Shown here piece by piece: positions 25,533 through 39,865 of a stretch of 64,000 nucleotides of DNA (position 1 is the stretch's first letter; each line of letters starts with the position of its first letter). Below the pieces are notes generated by a model that was given only the letters and a program-made list of their open reading frames with translations, made no database searches and was not told where the DNA came from. The stretch lies in the NCBI RefSeq assembly GCF_009914755.1, contig NC_060938.1; one strand, given 5' to 3'. This stretch comes from the human T2T-CHM13v2.0 reference genome, Homo sapiens. Made by a program: the position numbers and the translations under genes.

Positions 25533-26005
25533 TGTGAAAGGAAAATAAAATCTCAGGACTCCAAACTCACTATGCCAAAAAGAACAGTTGAGGTGGGAAG
25601 CTGAGTCATGAAAAAAAAAAAAAGTCATGCCTTTCCTTTTGTTTCCAAAGTGATAGCAGCAGCAGATAGGCCAGGTCTACCCAGGTGGCCTCCCTCACCC
25701 TGAGAATATAAATTAACAGGCCGGTCTTCATGACATGGGACAAAATGAGACAAGAAATCGTTCCTACTACCCCTGAGACGAATGCATATTTGACTTCTTC
25801 CTCTACTCTGTTTATTTGCTTATAAAGTGCAGATTTACTGAGCACAAGGCGAATGCGTAATTGCTCCCTCCACCCCTCCTTTTCATGCAACGTGGGGGAT
25901 CAGTGAACTCTAATCAAAGCCTCACAAGAATGTGACCCTCCCCTCTTGCTTTTTTCTCTTTCATCTTTCCCCTCCTCCAGCTTTTCCCCTTTTCAATATT
26001 GAAGC
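25533..26005 (+). mobile_element. MER4-family LTR fragment
   Basis: Starts 'tgtgaaaggaaaataaaatctcaggactccaaactcactatgccaaa'. Confidence 0.65.
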
Positions 26006-27184
26006 AGGTCGTAGTGTGACTCTGCCTGGGGTCAGGTGTGGGGTGGTCCACATGGACAGTGAGAAGGTGGTCCCTGCCCGTGGTGGTCCGGGTTTCCTGG
26101 GAGATGGCCAGACGTGGATTCTGAGGGGAAGAGGCCAGTGCAGTTGCTGGACTGGAGAGAGCATGTCCATTGTGCTGAGCGGGCTGGGAGGGATCCACAG
26201 AGAAGACGGTGTGGCTCAACAGCTGGCACCGGGGACGGGAATGTGGGTGAAGGGCCTGGCACATGGAGTAGCTCAAGGCGTGAGACTGTGACCCACCTGG
26301 GGAGCCCGTGCATGAGTGCACTGGGTGGGTGCTGGGGTTGCAAGTGCGTGTGTCCCTGTGTGAGGACCGTGTGAGTACCCGTGTGTGCCACATGGCCCCC
26401 ATGCGTGGCAGGCATTGTCGCGTGGCCCCCGTGCGTGGCAGGCATGTGCAGCCTGAGTACCATACCAGACGGGGCGTTCTGTCTCCTCCAGGCCCGGCCC
26501 TGCCATGTGAGCAGGGAGCTTCCCCATGGGACTGATGTTCTGTCTCCTCCAGGCCTGGCCCTGTCCTACCATGTTAGCAGGGAGCTTGGCCATGGGAGTG
26601 GTCGGCACAGGCATGGCTGTGCCGGGCCTCACTGGCTGGACTCGGTGGGGACACCATACCCCTTGCTGAGTGTGGGTAGCAGAGTTTGAGGTGCCTTCTG
26701 GGAGGTGTTCGGGCAGAGGCAGGGTTGGGAGTGTGTGGGGAGATGGGTGTTCAGCTAGCCTCCTTCCCTGTGCAGGGGCTCAGCTGAAACCTGGGCTCTC
26801 ACTCCCCTCACCCCTGCCTCCCCAGCATCCTCCCTCTGCCCCTCTCTTCAGCCTGCCTTGGGCCTTGCTCTGAGACCGCTGCTGAGAGGACAGGAGGAGC
26901 TTCAGCAGCACCCTGTGCTGGGTGGACGCTGAGGTCACTGCCTTGCTCTGTGTCTCCTCACAAGGCCACGTGGTGGCAGGTCCTTCTTGCAGTCTAACCA
27001 GAGTCCTGCTTGCTGCTCTGCAAGCCCACTTGGGTCACGTGGGGCAGGGGCACCTGGCAGGGTGGGCTTCGTGGACTCAAGGGCCACCAATTCCTCCAGG
27101 TCAACATGCTCAGATGGTTCTATTCTCCCCCTTCCCTTGGCTACAGGGACCTCTGTATCCTGGGGTGGCCACAAATGTCAGAAC

Positions 27185-27685
27185 ACAGGAGTCACACCAG
27201 GAATGCCACACCATGTCACACCGCATCTCATTATGTCACGCCAGGGATGTCACGCCACATCATACCATGAAACTTATCATCACACTAGGGATGTCGTACC
27301 CTGCCACACCCCATCATACCACATCACACCACCTCACACCAGGGACATTATACCATGTCACACCACATCCCACCATGTCACGCCACCTCACACCACATCA
27401 CATTATATCACACCACGTCACACTATGTCACAGCCTGTTACGCTTCATCACACCACATCACACCAGGGATGTCACACTGTGTCACACCACATCCCAGCAT
27501 GTCCAACGCCACCTCACACCAGGGACATTACACCATGTCACACCACATCACATCATCCCTCGGATATCACACCGTCATACCACATCATACAACATCACAC
27601 CATGTCCTGTCGCATCACGCCACATGACATCCACGTCACACCAGAGACATCACACCACATCACACCATGTCATGTTACATCACAG
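27185..27685 (+). repeat. CAC-rich low-complexity minisatellite
   Basis: Repeated cacaccacatca / caccatgtca / caccagggacat units. Confidence 0.85.
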
Positions 27686-28529
27686 CACGGACTGCTGGGG
27701 TATGTGCAGGGGCCGCCCACAGTGCAGCCTTGCTGGAGAGTTGAGGGAGGGTCCTGGGGCTGGGCATGGTGTTCCCTCAGGAGGGCTGACCCTCTGGAGG
27801 ATGCTCGGTCCCAGGTGGAAAGGGGGCGGTGGGCCCCGGGTGGCTCAGGGAGGGGCCCAATTTCCCCAGGGGAACCTGGTCCAGGCGCCAGGCCCTGCAG
27901 GGGCAGGAGCTGCAGGAAGCATCTGCTTCTTCCCAACTCAGCCTGCTCAGTGCACGGAATGACCCGGAGCCCGGCACCGTCCTGGGTTTCCTTTCCTTAT
28001 CCTGGCCAGGCCGTCCATCCTCAGACAGTGGACTGGAGCCCACCCCACCAGGGCACCTGGAGGCCCGTAGGGCCCCTTGAAGGGCAGAGGGTGGAGATCT
28101 CTCCAGCAGGGTCCCTGAGGGCTGGCACCTTCTCTGGACAAAGCTCTCCTGCATCTCTGGGACGCCATCCTTGGGCTTGGGATAGAGCCGGTGATGCAGC
28201 AGCTGCCCGCCCTGCACCCCAGGTGCTCTCTCCCTCACCCCCCGCGGGGCTGCAGCAGCGTGTCCTGAGAGTTAAAGGGCTGGGCTTCAGCACCCAGTTC
28301 AGGCCAGGCCCCCTGAAGCCCACCCTCCAGCAGCGAGCCCTCCCACGGCACGGCAGGGTCCGGGCTCTGGGGATTTCATCCCCAACTCTGTGTTTGGTGA
28401 AGCTCCAGCTGCTCGATGCCACACAAACGAATCCAACCACTCCTCCTTCCTGGGTGAGATGGTCTCTCTCCTGCCACAGGCAACTCCGACGGCATTTTCC
28501 AGCCACCGCAGCCACCGCAGCCACTGCAG

Positions 28530-29140
28530 TAACAAGACCCTGTCCTTGACTGAGTTCCAGCCAGGCTCCTCGGAGCCTCGCCACTCGGCCTCAACCTTGG
28601 CTTGTAAAGACTTGAGCAGACACTAACAGTTTCTAACAGCTTCTGGCCGTACCCCTAGGCCGACCCCTGCCCCGTCAACACCTGCCTGAGAAAGCTCCGT
28701 GCACCAGAACTCACCGTTTGGACCAACCCCGACCTCCCTTTCTCAGGGTGTCTGCTGAGAGGGCTGCAACCACACGTCCTTCTATCCGTTCCCGATGTCT
28801 GTGCATTTCCTGTGACCCGGGAGGGTCTTTCTCAAGACTTGAGAGCCGCTCCCTGAAGTGTCCCCATTGGGAAGGATGGGGCCTGTGTCTCCAGGCTCTG
28901 GGAGGACAGAATCCTGACCTCAACAGTGGCCGGCACGGACACAGTGGGTCCCATCCCAGGGACGCTGACCAGCGCTGGGCAACTTTTCCCTTCCCCGACG
29001 ACTGAGCCCCGAGCACCCTCCCTGCTCCCCCTACCACCTCCCTTTACAAGGCTGTGGCCTCTGCACAGATGAAGGTGAGTCCAGGTCATGCCGGACTCTT
29101 TCTTCTGTTGCAATAGTTATTTCTGTTGAGAATCCGTCCT
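28530..29140 (+). mobile_element. MER67/MER31-like LTR (gamma3 paralog)
   Basis: Near-identical to 90-700. Confidence 0.5.
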
Positions 29141-29233
29141 TGCTACATGACCTAGTGCCCAGGGGGATGCTGAGACAGGATGAATGTATTCTGCATGTGA
29201 GAAGAACATGAATTTTGGGGGCCAGAGTCTGGA

Positions 29234-29580
29234 CTGTGATGGGTTAAATCGTGGCCCCTACAAATTCATATATTCAAGTCTTAATCCCTGGCCTCACAAT
29301 GTGACTATTTGGAGATGGGGTCTTTACAGAGGTCATTAAGTTCATATGGGGTCACTAATCTAATCCGATGTGTGTTCTTATAAGAAGAGAAGCTTAGGAC
29401 ACGGGCACACAGAGGGATGGCCACGTGAGGACCAGGGAGGAGACGGTGTCTACAAGCCAAGGAGAGAGGGCTTGAGAGAAACCAGCCCTGCCTGCATCCT
29501 GATCTCAGATTCCTGGTCTCTAGGCCTGGGAGGATCCATGTCTGCTGTGGGAGCCGCCCCGCTGTGGTCCTGAGCTGACG
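29234..29580 (+). mobile_element. MLT1 LTR (gamma3 paralog)
   Basis: Near-identical to 793-1140. Confidence 0.75.
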
Positions 29581-29988
29581 CACACAGATCTGACACCCAC
29601 CTCTCGCTTCGGACCATGGTTGGTTCTGGAAGGCCCTCCCTGTGGCTCTGCCTGGCCAGCCTGAGCCAGCTCCCAGCCTCGACCCAGCTTTCCCTGGAGG
29701 CCCTGTCCCCCGCAGAGTGACCAGGGCAGGCAGCACCGTGCCCAGCAGGAGGAGAAACTGCATCCATGTAGAAAAGAGGAGAAGCCCCAGGGGTCCATGT
29801 AGTGACAGGGGCCAGGGAGGGTCGCTCGGGCAATGCGTGTGGCTGCAGGAGGCGGGGGGCGTATGCAGGGAGCCCCCGAGGTGCAGCTGGACCAGCCTCC
29901 TCCTGAATGTGCTTCCCACCGGGGGCAGGAGGCGCGTGGACACAGGAAGGCGGCTCCCATCACGAAGTACAAGACTTAAAAAGGATAT

Positions 29989-29994
29989 TTTATT
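29989..29994 (-). terminator. IGHG3: Poly(A) signal of membrane IgG3 mRNA
   Basis: AATAAA on minus; paralog of 1548-1553. Confidence 0.75.
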
Positions 29995-30580
29995 GTCATC
30001 ACAAAAGAAACATCAAAGACAATTAATGAGCTTTAGAAAATTTAAAAGAAGAAGAAAAGCTACCAAAGCTGAAATGGTGGCACCTCCTTCGAGTGAGCCC
30101 GGGAGTCCTCCCTGACAGCTGAGGCAGGCGCTGGCCGCAGTCCCGCTCGAGCCTCCCTTCCTGTCTGCGGATTCTGCGTGACAGTCACGGAACGGCGTGA
30201 TGGGGGCAGCAGAGCGTGGGGGCCTCTGTCCAGCACTCGTGGCCAGCAGCCCCGCTTTCGCAAGAACACGGGCACCCTCTTTGGCGTCTTGCCTCTCCAC
30301 CTGGTGCCCCCAGAGTGGCTGCTTGTTCCTGCTGCACGTGACCCGGGGCTGGACGCCAGCCTCTGTGATGAGTTCTGGCTGTGTCCACGCTCCTGGCTCT
30401 CCCGGTGTCCCTCCACCTCTCTCCCCGATGCTCCTGGGCCTCCTCTGTCCTCAGGCCCCACCAAGGCTGAGTCTTGCCCGCCTGGGACCTGGTCACCAGC
30501 CTTCTCTGGGAGGCCTGTCTGGGCAGATGCCCAGCCCTTCCTTGGGCTATCCTCACCCTTGCACTGTGGGGCTCCTGCAG

Positions 30581-30645
30581 TGGCCACATGGCCCAGGCTC
30601 TTCTCTGAGTGATCTCGGTGGACTGGAGTGGGTGGGAGGTGGCAG
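30581..30645 (+). ncRNA. miR-8071-like hairpin antisense to the IGHG3 membrane 3'UTR
   Basis: Same 20-mer at 30616-30635; stem CTGAG-tgat-CTCGG with one G:U pair. Confidence 0.45.
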
Positions 30646-31378
30646 TGTCCTGGGCCTGGCCCCTTCTCTCCCCAGTGCGGACTCTGGGGCTGGCTGTCCC
30701 TGCGGGTCGAGTTCCACCCGAGAATCCAGCAGTGTAGGCAGGCAGCCAAGGGGTGGTGCTGGCACCGAGACTGTTCCCAGGAGCCAGAGAGCAGCGTTCT
30801 TTGCTTGAAATCAGAACAACCTCATTCCTCATGTCAGGAGTTCACGGGAGTGCCCGGAATGGAGGCTGGCTGGCTGCGGGCTGGGAGGAAGGCCGTCTGA
30901 GTGAGCCTTCGCAGCTCTCGGAAGCCTCCCCAACAGGGCCTGATGGTGCTGTGGCTTCCCTACCTTGGCGGCTGATGCTCCCACTCACCATCTGGAAACC
31001 ACGCCTGTGTTCAGGAGGCTGGCGTGGACGGGGTTGGCTCCAGGGCCAGCTCCTGCCTGGGTGGGGGCCTCGGATGCTGGTCACTGCCTCCTTTTGTGTG
31101 AGCATCTGGCGGTCTGGAGGGCAGGGACATCCTGCTGAGGGGACACCTGGTTCCCAGCTCCCTGCATGCACCAAGCAGCGGAGGTCTGGGGTAGACCTGC
31201 TATGCACAGGGTCTGGAAGGGGGGCGTGTCAGGGCTCAGAGGGCGACTGCAAAGACAGAGAGCCATGGGGTTGAGGGCGGTGAGGTCGGGGGCAGGTGTG
31301 GCCTGGGTGGTGGCTGAGCATGGCCCACGGCTCGTGTGTGGGATCTGGGTGGCCCTGGACACCCCGCAGAGGGTGGCC

Positions 31379-31462
31379 CTAGGCCCCCTGCCCAATCATG
31401 TTCCTATAGTCGGGGATGATGGTCTGCTTCAGGTCCACCACCGAGGAGAAGATCCACTTCAC
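31379..31462 (-). CDS. IGHG3: IgG3 membrane exon M2
   Basis: 84 nt; [27 protein letters not shown]. Confidence 0.97.
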   Translation of the reverse strand: MKWIFSSVVDLKQTIIPDYRNMIGQGA

Positions 31463-31674
31463 CTGTAGGCAAGGCACAGCACAGGGGTGAGCGAGGCCAC
31501 AGCCCTGCCCCCGAGGCCTGCTCACCCCTCAGGCCACCCAGGCCACAGCCCTGCCCCTGAGGCCTATCCGGCCCCTCATGCCACCCATGTGCCAGGGCCT
31601 CACCACTGCCTGCTCTGAGGCCTGGACATGGAGAGCAGAGCCAGGGCAGCAACAGCATGTGGACAGCACAGAAG

Positions 31675-33263
31675 ATAGTGTCAGGTGGGGACAGCACGGG
31701 GGACAGTGTCAGGGACAGGTGAGGACAGCATGGGGGACAGTGTCAGGGACAGGTGAGGACAGCATGGGGGACAGTGTCAGGGACAGGTTGAGACAGTGTG
31801 GGGGGAGAGTGTTGGGGACAGGTGAGGACAGTGTGGAGGAGAGTGTTGGGGACAGGTGAGGACAGCATGGGGGACAGTGTCAGGGATAGGTGGGGACAGC
31901 GTGGAGGACAGTGTCAGGGACAGGTGGAGACAGTGTGGGGGAGAGTGTTGGGGACAGGTGAGAACAGCGTGGAGGAGAGTGTCAGGGGCAGGTGGGGACA
32001 GCATGGGTGACAGTGTCAGGGAGAGGTGGGGACATCATGGAGGACAGCATCAGGGACAGGTGGGGACAGTATGTGTACAGTGTCAGAGATGGGTGAGGAC
32101 AGCATGGGGGACAGTGTCAGGGACAGGTGGAGACTGTGTGGGGGACAGTGTTGGAGACACGTGGGAACAGCATGGGAGAAAGTGTCGGGGACAGGTAGGG
32201 ACAGTGTGGGGGACAGTGTTAGGAACCGGTGGGAACAGCATAGGGGACAGTGTCAGGGAGGAGTGGGGACAGTGTGGGGGACAGCATCAGGGACAGGTGG
32301 AGACAGCGTAGGGGATAGTGTTGGCTACAGGTGGGGACAGAGTGGGGGACAGTGTCAGGGAAAGGAGGAAACAGAGTGGCGGACAGTGTTGGGGACAGGA
32401 GGAAACAGCATGGGGGACATTGTTGGGGACAGGAGGGGACAGCATGGGGGACAGTGTTGGGGACAGGTGGGAAAAGCATGGTGTACAGTGTTGGGGACTG
32501 GTGGGGACAGCATGGGGGAAAGTGTTGGGGACAGGAGGGGACAGTGTGTGGGACAGTGTTAGGGAGAGGTGGGGACAGTGTGGGGGACAGTGTCAGGGGG
32601 AGGTGGGGACAGTGTGGGGGACAGCGTCAGGGACAGGTGGGGACAGTGTGGGGGACAGCATCAGGGACAGCTGGGGACACCATAGGGACATTGTCGGGAC
32701 AGATGGGGATGGCATGGGGGACTGTGTCAGGGACAGGTGGGGACAGTGTGGGGGACAGCATCAGGGACAAGTGGGGACCACGTGGGGGACAGCGTCAGGG
32801 AGAGGTGGGGACAGTGTGGGGGACAGCATCAGGGACAGCTGGGGACACCCTGGGGACATTGTCGGGACAGATGGGCATGGCATGGGGGACAGTGTCAGGG
32901 ACAGGTGGGGACAGCGTGGGGGAGAGTGGTGGGGACAGATTGGGACAGTGTGGGGGACAGCATCAGGGACAGGTGGGGACAGCATGGGGGACATTGTTGA
33001 GGACAAGTGGGGACAGCGTGGGGTACAGTGTCGCAGATGAGTGGGGACAGCATGAGAGACAGTGTCAGGGACAGTGTCAGGGACAGGTGGGGATAGCATG
33101 GGGGACAGTGTCAGTGACAGTTTGTGACAGCATGGGGGACAGTGTGAGGGACAGTTTGTGAGAGCGTGGGGGACAGTGTCAGGGACAGGTGGGGACAGCC
33201 TGGGGACAGTGTCAGGGACAGTGTGTGACAGCATGGAGGACAATGTCAAGGACAGCTGGGGAC
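31675..33263 (+). repeat. G-rich ~34-bp minisatellite in the IGHG3 M1-M2 intron
   Basis: Same GGGACAG-based unit as in gamma1; ~1.6 kb. Confidence 0.93.
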
Positions 33264-33277
33264 AACGTGCGGCCGAC

Positions 33278-33408
33278 CTTGAAGAAGGTGACGGTGGCAC
33301 TGTAGCACACGCTTAACAGGAAGAGTGTGATGAAGATGGTGATGGTCGTCCACAGCCCGTCCAGCTCCCCGTCCTGCGCCTCCGCACAGCTCTCCTCCAG
33401 TTGCAGCT
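33278..33408 (-). CDS. IGHG3: IgG3 membrane exon M1
   Basis: 131 nt, identical by eye to gamma1 M1; canonical splice sites. Confidence 0.97.
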
Positions 33409-34581
33409 CTGGACAGGAAGAGGGTGGTCAGTGCTGTGTCCCCCTGGGCTTGGGCCTCTGGGGGTGATTCCCTCTGTGGCAGGACCCAGGATGTAGGGCC
33501 CGGCCGGGATGGGCCAACAGTGTCCTGAGGTCAGCTCCCCACAGCTGCCCGCCCTGGGCACCAGCTTTGGCCCCGGGACTCAGCCAGACACCCGGCCCCA
33601 GATAGAGACCTGGCCCTCAGCAGGACCCACTCCCCGTCTCCCGTGTCCCTCCCTGAGGCCCAGAGGGCAGGAGGATGGTGAAGCCCACACCTCATGTGAC
33701 CTCAGCTGCAGGGAAGGGCGGCACTGGGAAGTGGGCCAGGGCCAGGGACGTGACGTGGTGTGTGATCCCCTGTGTGTGTGTGGCGGCTGCAGGGGCACCT
33801 TGTGAGAGGAGGGCTGGGTTTGTCTGAGCAGGTCAGCATGTGGAGAAGCTGCCGAGCGGCTCGTGGGCCTTGAGGTGCCGCGTGGGGCTCGTGGGGGCCT
33901 GTGTCCGAGGAGTGTTCACGTGTGCGAGGACCTTGCTCTGGTCTGGGTGCTGTGCGGTTCGCCCGGGTGAGGCTCCGTGTGTGAGGCGTGCACGTGTGTG
34001 TGTGGTGGCCGTGTGGCCGGCCAACCTCAGTGCGGGGTTTGTTGAACGGGTCTGGGCTGAGTGTGTGTGTGGGCATCTGCACCAGTCCCTCCACAGGGCC
34101 CGAGAGTGCATGTCCCCGGAGTCGGTTGTGTCCCCATGTGGGTGCGAGGCTGGGCAGGGCTGCCAGGGGTTAGTGCCGTGGGGGTAGATGGGTGAGGGAG
34201 GGCCTGTCCCTACGCGCATGGACTAGGCATGCCCCCGAGTGGGCATCGGGGTCGGAGGACAGGGCGCTCACAGGACAGGACAGTCTCCTACAGAGGCAGG
34301 GGCTGTGTGTCTGTCCCCAGGGGCTCCTAGGGCTTCTCGTGGCCCAGCCCAGGGCAGCTGCTGCTGGAGGGAGGGCCACGCTGGCAAATCCCCCACCCTG
34401 CCGAGGGCAGTCCCTGGCTGAGCCCCACCCTAGGTGACCCAGGCACACCTGCACAGCCTGGGCCAGTGTGGGGACAGTGGGACCCGCTCTGCCTCCCTCA
34501 TGTCACTCAGGCCTCAGACTCGGCCTGACCCGTGGAAAGAACCATCACAGTCTTGCAGGGGCCCAGGGCAGCGCTGGGTGC

Positions 34582-34587
34582 TTTATT
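34582..34587 (-). terminator. IGHG3: Poly(A) signal of secreted IgG3 mRNA
   Basis: AATAAA on minus ~100 nt after the stop. Confidence 0.9.
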
Positions 34588-34687
34588 TCCATGCTGGGTG
34601 CCCGGGAAGTATGTACACGGGGTACGTGCCAAGCATCCTCGCGCGACCCCGAGAGCCCGGGGAGCGGGGGCTTGCCGGCCGTCGCAC

Positions 34688-35621
<934 letters not shown>

Positions 35622-35743
35622 TTACGGGGATCTGGGATGGAGGTGGATGCGTCAGCACCCTGCTGGGGCCTGTCCCTGGACTCAGGCCACTCTAGGGCTC
35701 TTGTCCCGCCTTGAGCTGGAGGGCGAGGCCTGGGCTGGCTTAC

Positions 35744-35788
35744 CTGGGCACCGTGGGCATGGGGGAGGTGTGTCACAAGATTTGGGCT
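35744..35788 (-). CDS. IGHG3: IgG3 hinge exon H3
   Basis: 45 nt; 188-bp period. Confidence 0.98.
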
Positions 35789-35931
35789 CTGCAGAGAGAA
35801 GATTGGGAGTTACGGGGATCTGGGATGGAGGTGGACGCGTCAGCACCCTGCTGGGGCCTGTCCCTGGACTCAGGCCACTCTAGGGCTCTTGTCCTGCCTT
35901 GAGCTGGAGGGCGAGGCCTGGGCTGGCTTAC

Positions 35932-35976
35932 CTGGGCACCGTGGGCACGGGGGAGGTGTGTCACAAGATTTGGGCT
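35932..35976 (-). CDS. IGHG3: IgG3 hinge exon H2
   Basis: 45 nt; 188-bp period. Confidence 0.98.
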
Positions 35977-36119
35977 CTGCAGAGAGAAGATTGGGAGTTA
36001 CGGGGATCTGGGATGGAGGTGGATGCGTCAGCACCCTGCTGGGGCCTGTCCCTGGACTCAGGCCACTCTAGGGCTCTTGTCCCGCCTTGAGCTGGAGGGC
36101 GAGGCCTGGGCTGGCTTAC

Positions 36120-36170
36120 CTGGGCACCGTGGGCATGTGTGAGTTGTGTCACCAAGTGGGGTTTTGAGCT
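36120..36170 (-). CDS. IGHG3: IgG3 hinge exon H1
   Basis: 51 nt; (E)LKTPLGDTTHTCPRCP, diagnostic of IgG3. Confidence 0.98.
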
Positions 36171-36263
36171 CTGCAGAGAGAAGATTGGGAGTTACTCAGA
36201 TCTGGGAAGAGAGAAGGTGTCTGAGCTGAGTGAGTAGAGAGTTTGGCCTTTGGGGTGGGCTTA

Positions 36264-37046
<783 letters not shown>

Positions 37047-37703
37047 TCAGGCCCGGCCCGCCCCAGAAAGCTTGCAGGACCGGTGGCCCTGTGGTGCCCT
37101 TCTGCAGGCACCCCTGCAGCCTAGGAGGCGGGGCTCGGCAGCCAGGTCAGCGCTCTGTGTCTGCCGGGAGTCAGCACAGTCCAGGGCCTCTAGCTTGGCC
37201 TCAGCTCTGGCCATCGGTGCCACCTCAGGGACGGCTCATGCCCATTGGCCCCACTCCAGCCTTTTATGGGTGCCTGGCTTGACCAGTGGACACTGTTCTC
37301 AGATGGCTTCTCGTGGGTCCCCTGAGTCCCCTGAAGCCCCTGACCCTGCCGCCCCAGCGTGGCCCTCCGCTAGTGAGTGGGCCTGACTTGCCCAGGGCCC
37401 TGGTCATAGCCTGCCCTCTGCCCTCCAAGGCCCTTTTCTTCTGTGCAGCAGAGGGGCCAGACACTGCATAGGGTCGGCGCCCTTCAGCCCCAGGGCCCCG
37501 GAACCCCCTGCCTTGGAATATCGCCCCGGGAGCCTCCTCCTCAGCCTCTCCCCTCCTTTCCCCTTAGCCCCAGTGTGCAGCAGCCCAGGTCAGGGCCCTG
37601 AGTGCCTGGATGCCCCCTGCCTCCCAGTGTCCTGCATTACTTCTGGAGGCTCAGTCACCACACCGTCACCCTCCCAGCCCTGGCCTGGCCTTCTCGGCCA
37701 CCA

Positions 37704-38360
37704 GCCCACCTCCTCCCTCTCTCCAGAGCTTCCCCCGGCAAGGTGCCTGCTGGGCTCAACCCAGGCCCCCCAGCACAGGTAGGAGCCTTGCACCTGCCCT
37801 TGGCCCTCCCCACCCTGCGTGGTGCCAGGACCCCCAGGCCACAGGGAGGCCCCATTTCTCTCTGCTGCTGGCCCAGTGGCCCTGGAGTCCCACTGCAGGT
37901 GGGGTGTGCCCCTGACCTCTGAGGAAGCTAAGCGCCGTGCCCTCAGCCAGGCCATCCCCTCTGCTCAGCCCCAGGGTCCCGCTCACCACCCCTTCCCCTC
38001 ACCTGCACCACAGGCTCTGGCTGACTCTGCCCAGGCCCTGAATGGGCCCCTCTGGCTGCCCTCTGCTGCTACACTGCCCTGCACCACCTCCACTCAGCTT
38101 CATTGTGCTGATGGTCCTGGCTCCTGGCAGCCCATCTTGCTCCTTCTGGGGCACCAGCCTCAGAGGCCTTCCTGCCCAGGGTCCGCTGGGACCAGCCCTG
38201 GGACCCTCCTGGTCTCAAGCACACGTTCCCCCTGCAGCCACACCTGCCCCTGCCTGAGAGCTCAGCTCTGAGCCCTGGAATGCCTTCCCTTCTCCATCCC
38301 AGCTCGCCCTTGCCAACTGCTCAGTGGGATGGACTCACACTCCCTTCCCGGCACCAGGAG
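37704..38360 (+). repeat. Inverted repeat arm A (C-gamma side of S-gamma3)
   Basis: Reverse complement of 41506-42210; direct paralog of 9111-9767. Confidence 0.9.
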
Positions 38361-38429
38361 GCTGCACTGCACTTTCACCAGCTCTCAGCTGTCTGCTGCC
38401 GGCAACTACCCAGCTCCTGCCAAAGTCTA

Positions 38430-39865
38430 GGAGCTGCGTGCTGCCTCCCACCGTCCCTGCTCACCTGTGGCTGCTCTGCCCTGGTGCTCTGAGCTCCAGG
38501 AGATGCCCCCTGCTCCTCCTGCCCCCCACCTGCCCCTGCTCACCTGCAGCGGCTCTGCCCTGGTCCCCTGAGCTCCAAGAGCTGCCCCCTGCTCCTCCTG
38601 TCCCCTGACCCTGCTCCTGTTTGCCTATGGCTGCTCTGCCCTTGTCCCCTGAGCTCCAGGAGCTGCCCCTGCTCATTCTGCCGCCCACCTGCCCCTGTTC
38701 ACCTGTGGCTGCTCTTCCCTGGTCCTCTGAGCTCCATGAGCTGCCCCTTGCTCCTCCTGCTTTCCACCAGCCCCTGCTCACCTACCGATGATCTTCCCCG
38801 GCTCTCTGAGCTCCAGGGGCTGCCCACCTGCTACCCCTGCTTCCCACCAGCCCTGCTTACCTGCAGCTGCTCTGCCCTGGCTGGCAGAGCTGCAGAAGCT
38901 GCCCCCTGCTCTGCAACCTCCCACCGGCCCTTCTCATCTTCTGATGTTCTCCCCTGTTCCCTGAGCTCCAGGAGCTGCCCCCTACTCGTTCTACCTCCCA
39001 CCAACCCGTGCTCACCTGCGACTGCTCTGCCCTGGTCCCCTGAGCTCCAGGGGCTGCCCCCTGCTCGCCCACCTCCCACCAGCCATGCTCACCTTCTGAT
39101 GCTCTGCCCTGATCCCCTGAGCTCCAGGACTGCCCCCTGCTCGTCCTGCCCCTCACCTGCCCCTGCTCACCTGAGGCTGCTCTGCCCTGGTCCCCTGAGC
39201 TAAAGGGGCTGCCCCTTACTCATCCTGCCTCCCACCAGCCCCTGCTCACCTTCTGATGCCCTCCCCTGGTCCCCTGAGCTCCAGGGGCTGCCCCCTGCTC
39301 GTCCTGCCTCCCACCAGCCCCTGCTCACCTGCAGCTACACTGCCCTGGTTCCCTGAGCTCCAGGAGCTGCCACCTGCTTGTCCTGCCTTCCACCAGCCCC
39401 TGCTCACCTGCAGCTACACTGCCCTGGTTCCCTGAGCTCCGGGAGCTGCCGCCTGCTTGTCCTGCCTCCCACCAGCCCCTGCTCACCTGTGGCTACACTG
39501 CCCTGGTGCCCTGAGCTCCAGGAGCTGCCCCCTGCTTGCCCATCTTCCACTGAGCCCTGCTCACCTGCAACTGCTCTGCCCTGGCTCTATGAGCTCCAGG
39601 GGCTGCCCCCTGCTGGTCCTGCCTCCCACCTGCCCTGCGCACCTGTGGCTGCCTCCTCACCTGTGGCTGCTCTGCCCTGGTCCCCTGAGCTCCAGGGTCT
39701 TCCTCCTGCTCATCCTGCCCCTCCACCGGCTCCTGTTCACCTTCAGATGCTCTCCCGTGGTCCCCTGAGCTCCAGGAGCTGCCCCCTGTTCTTCCTGCCT
39801 CCCACCTGCCCTGTGCACCTGTGGCTGCTTGGTCCTGGTCCCCTGAACTGCAATGCCTGCCCCCT
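38430..39865 (-). repeat. Switch region S-gamma3 (degenerate 79-bp repeat)
   Basis: Same unit as S-gamma1 but ~1.4 kb and more diverged. Confidence 0.95.

Noticed and set aside
26987-28549. 520-aa ORF (and the overlapping 346-aa ORF at 26922)
   Set aside because: Runs through the CAC-rich repeat and GC-rich DNA. The His/Thr low-complexity product has no recognisable domain, and stop-codon scarcity explains its length.
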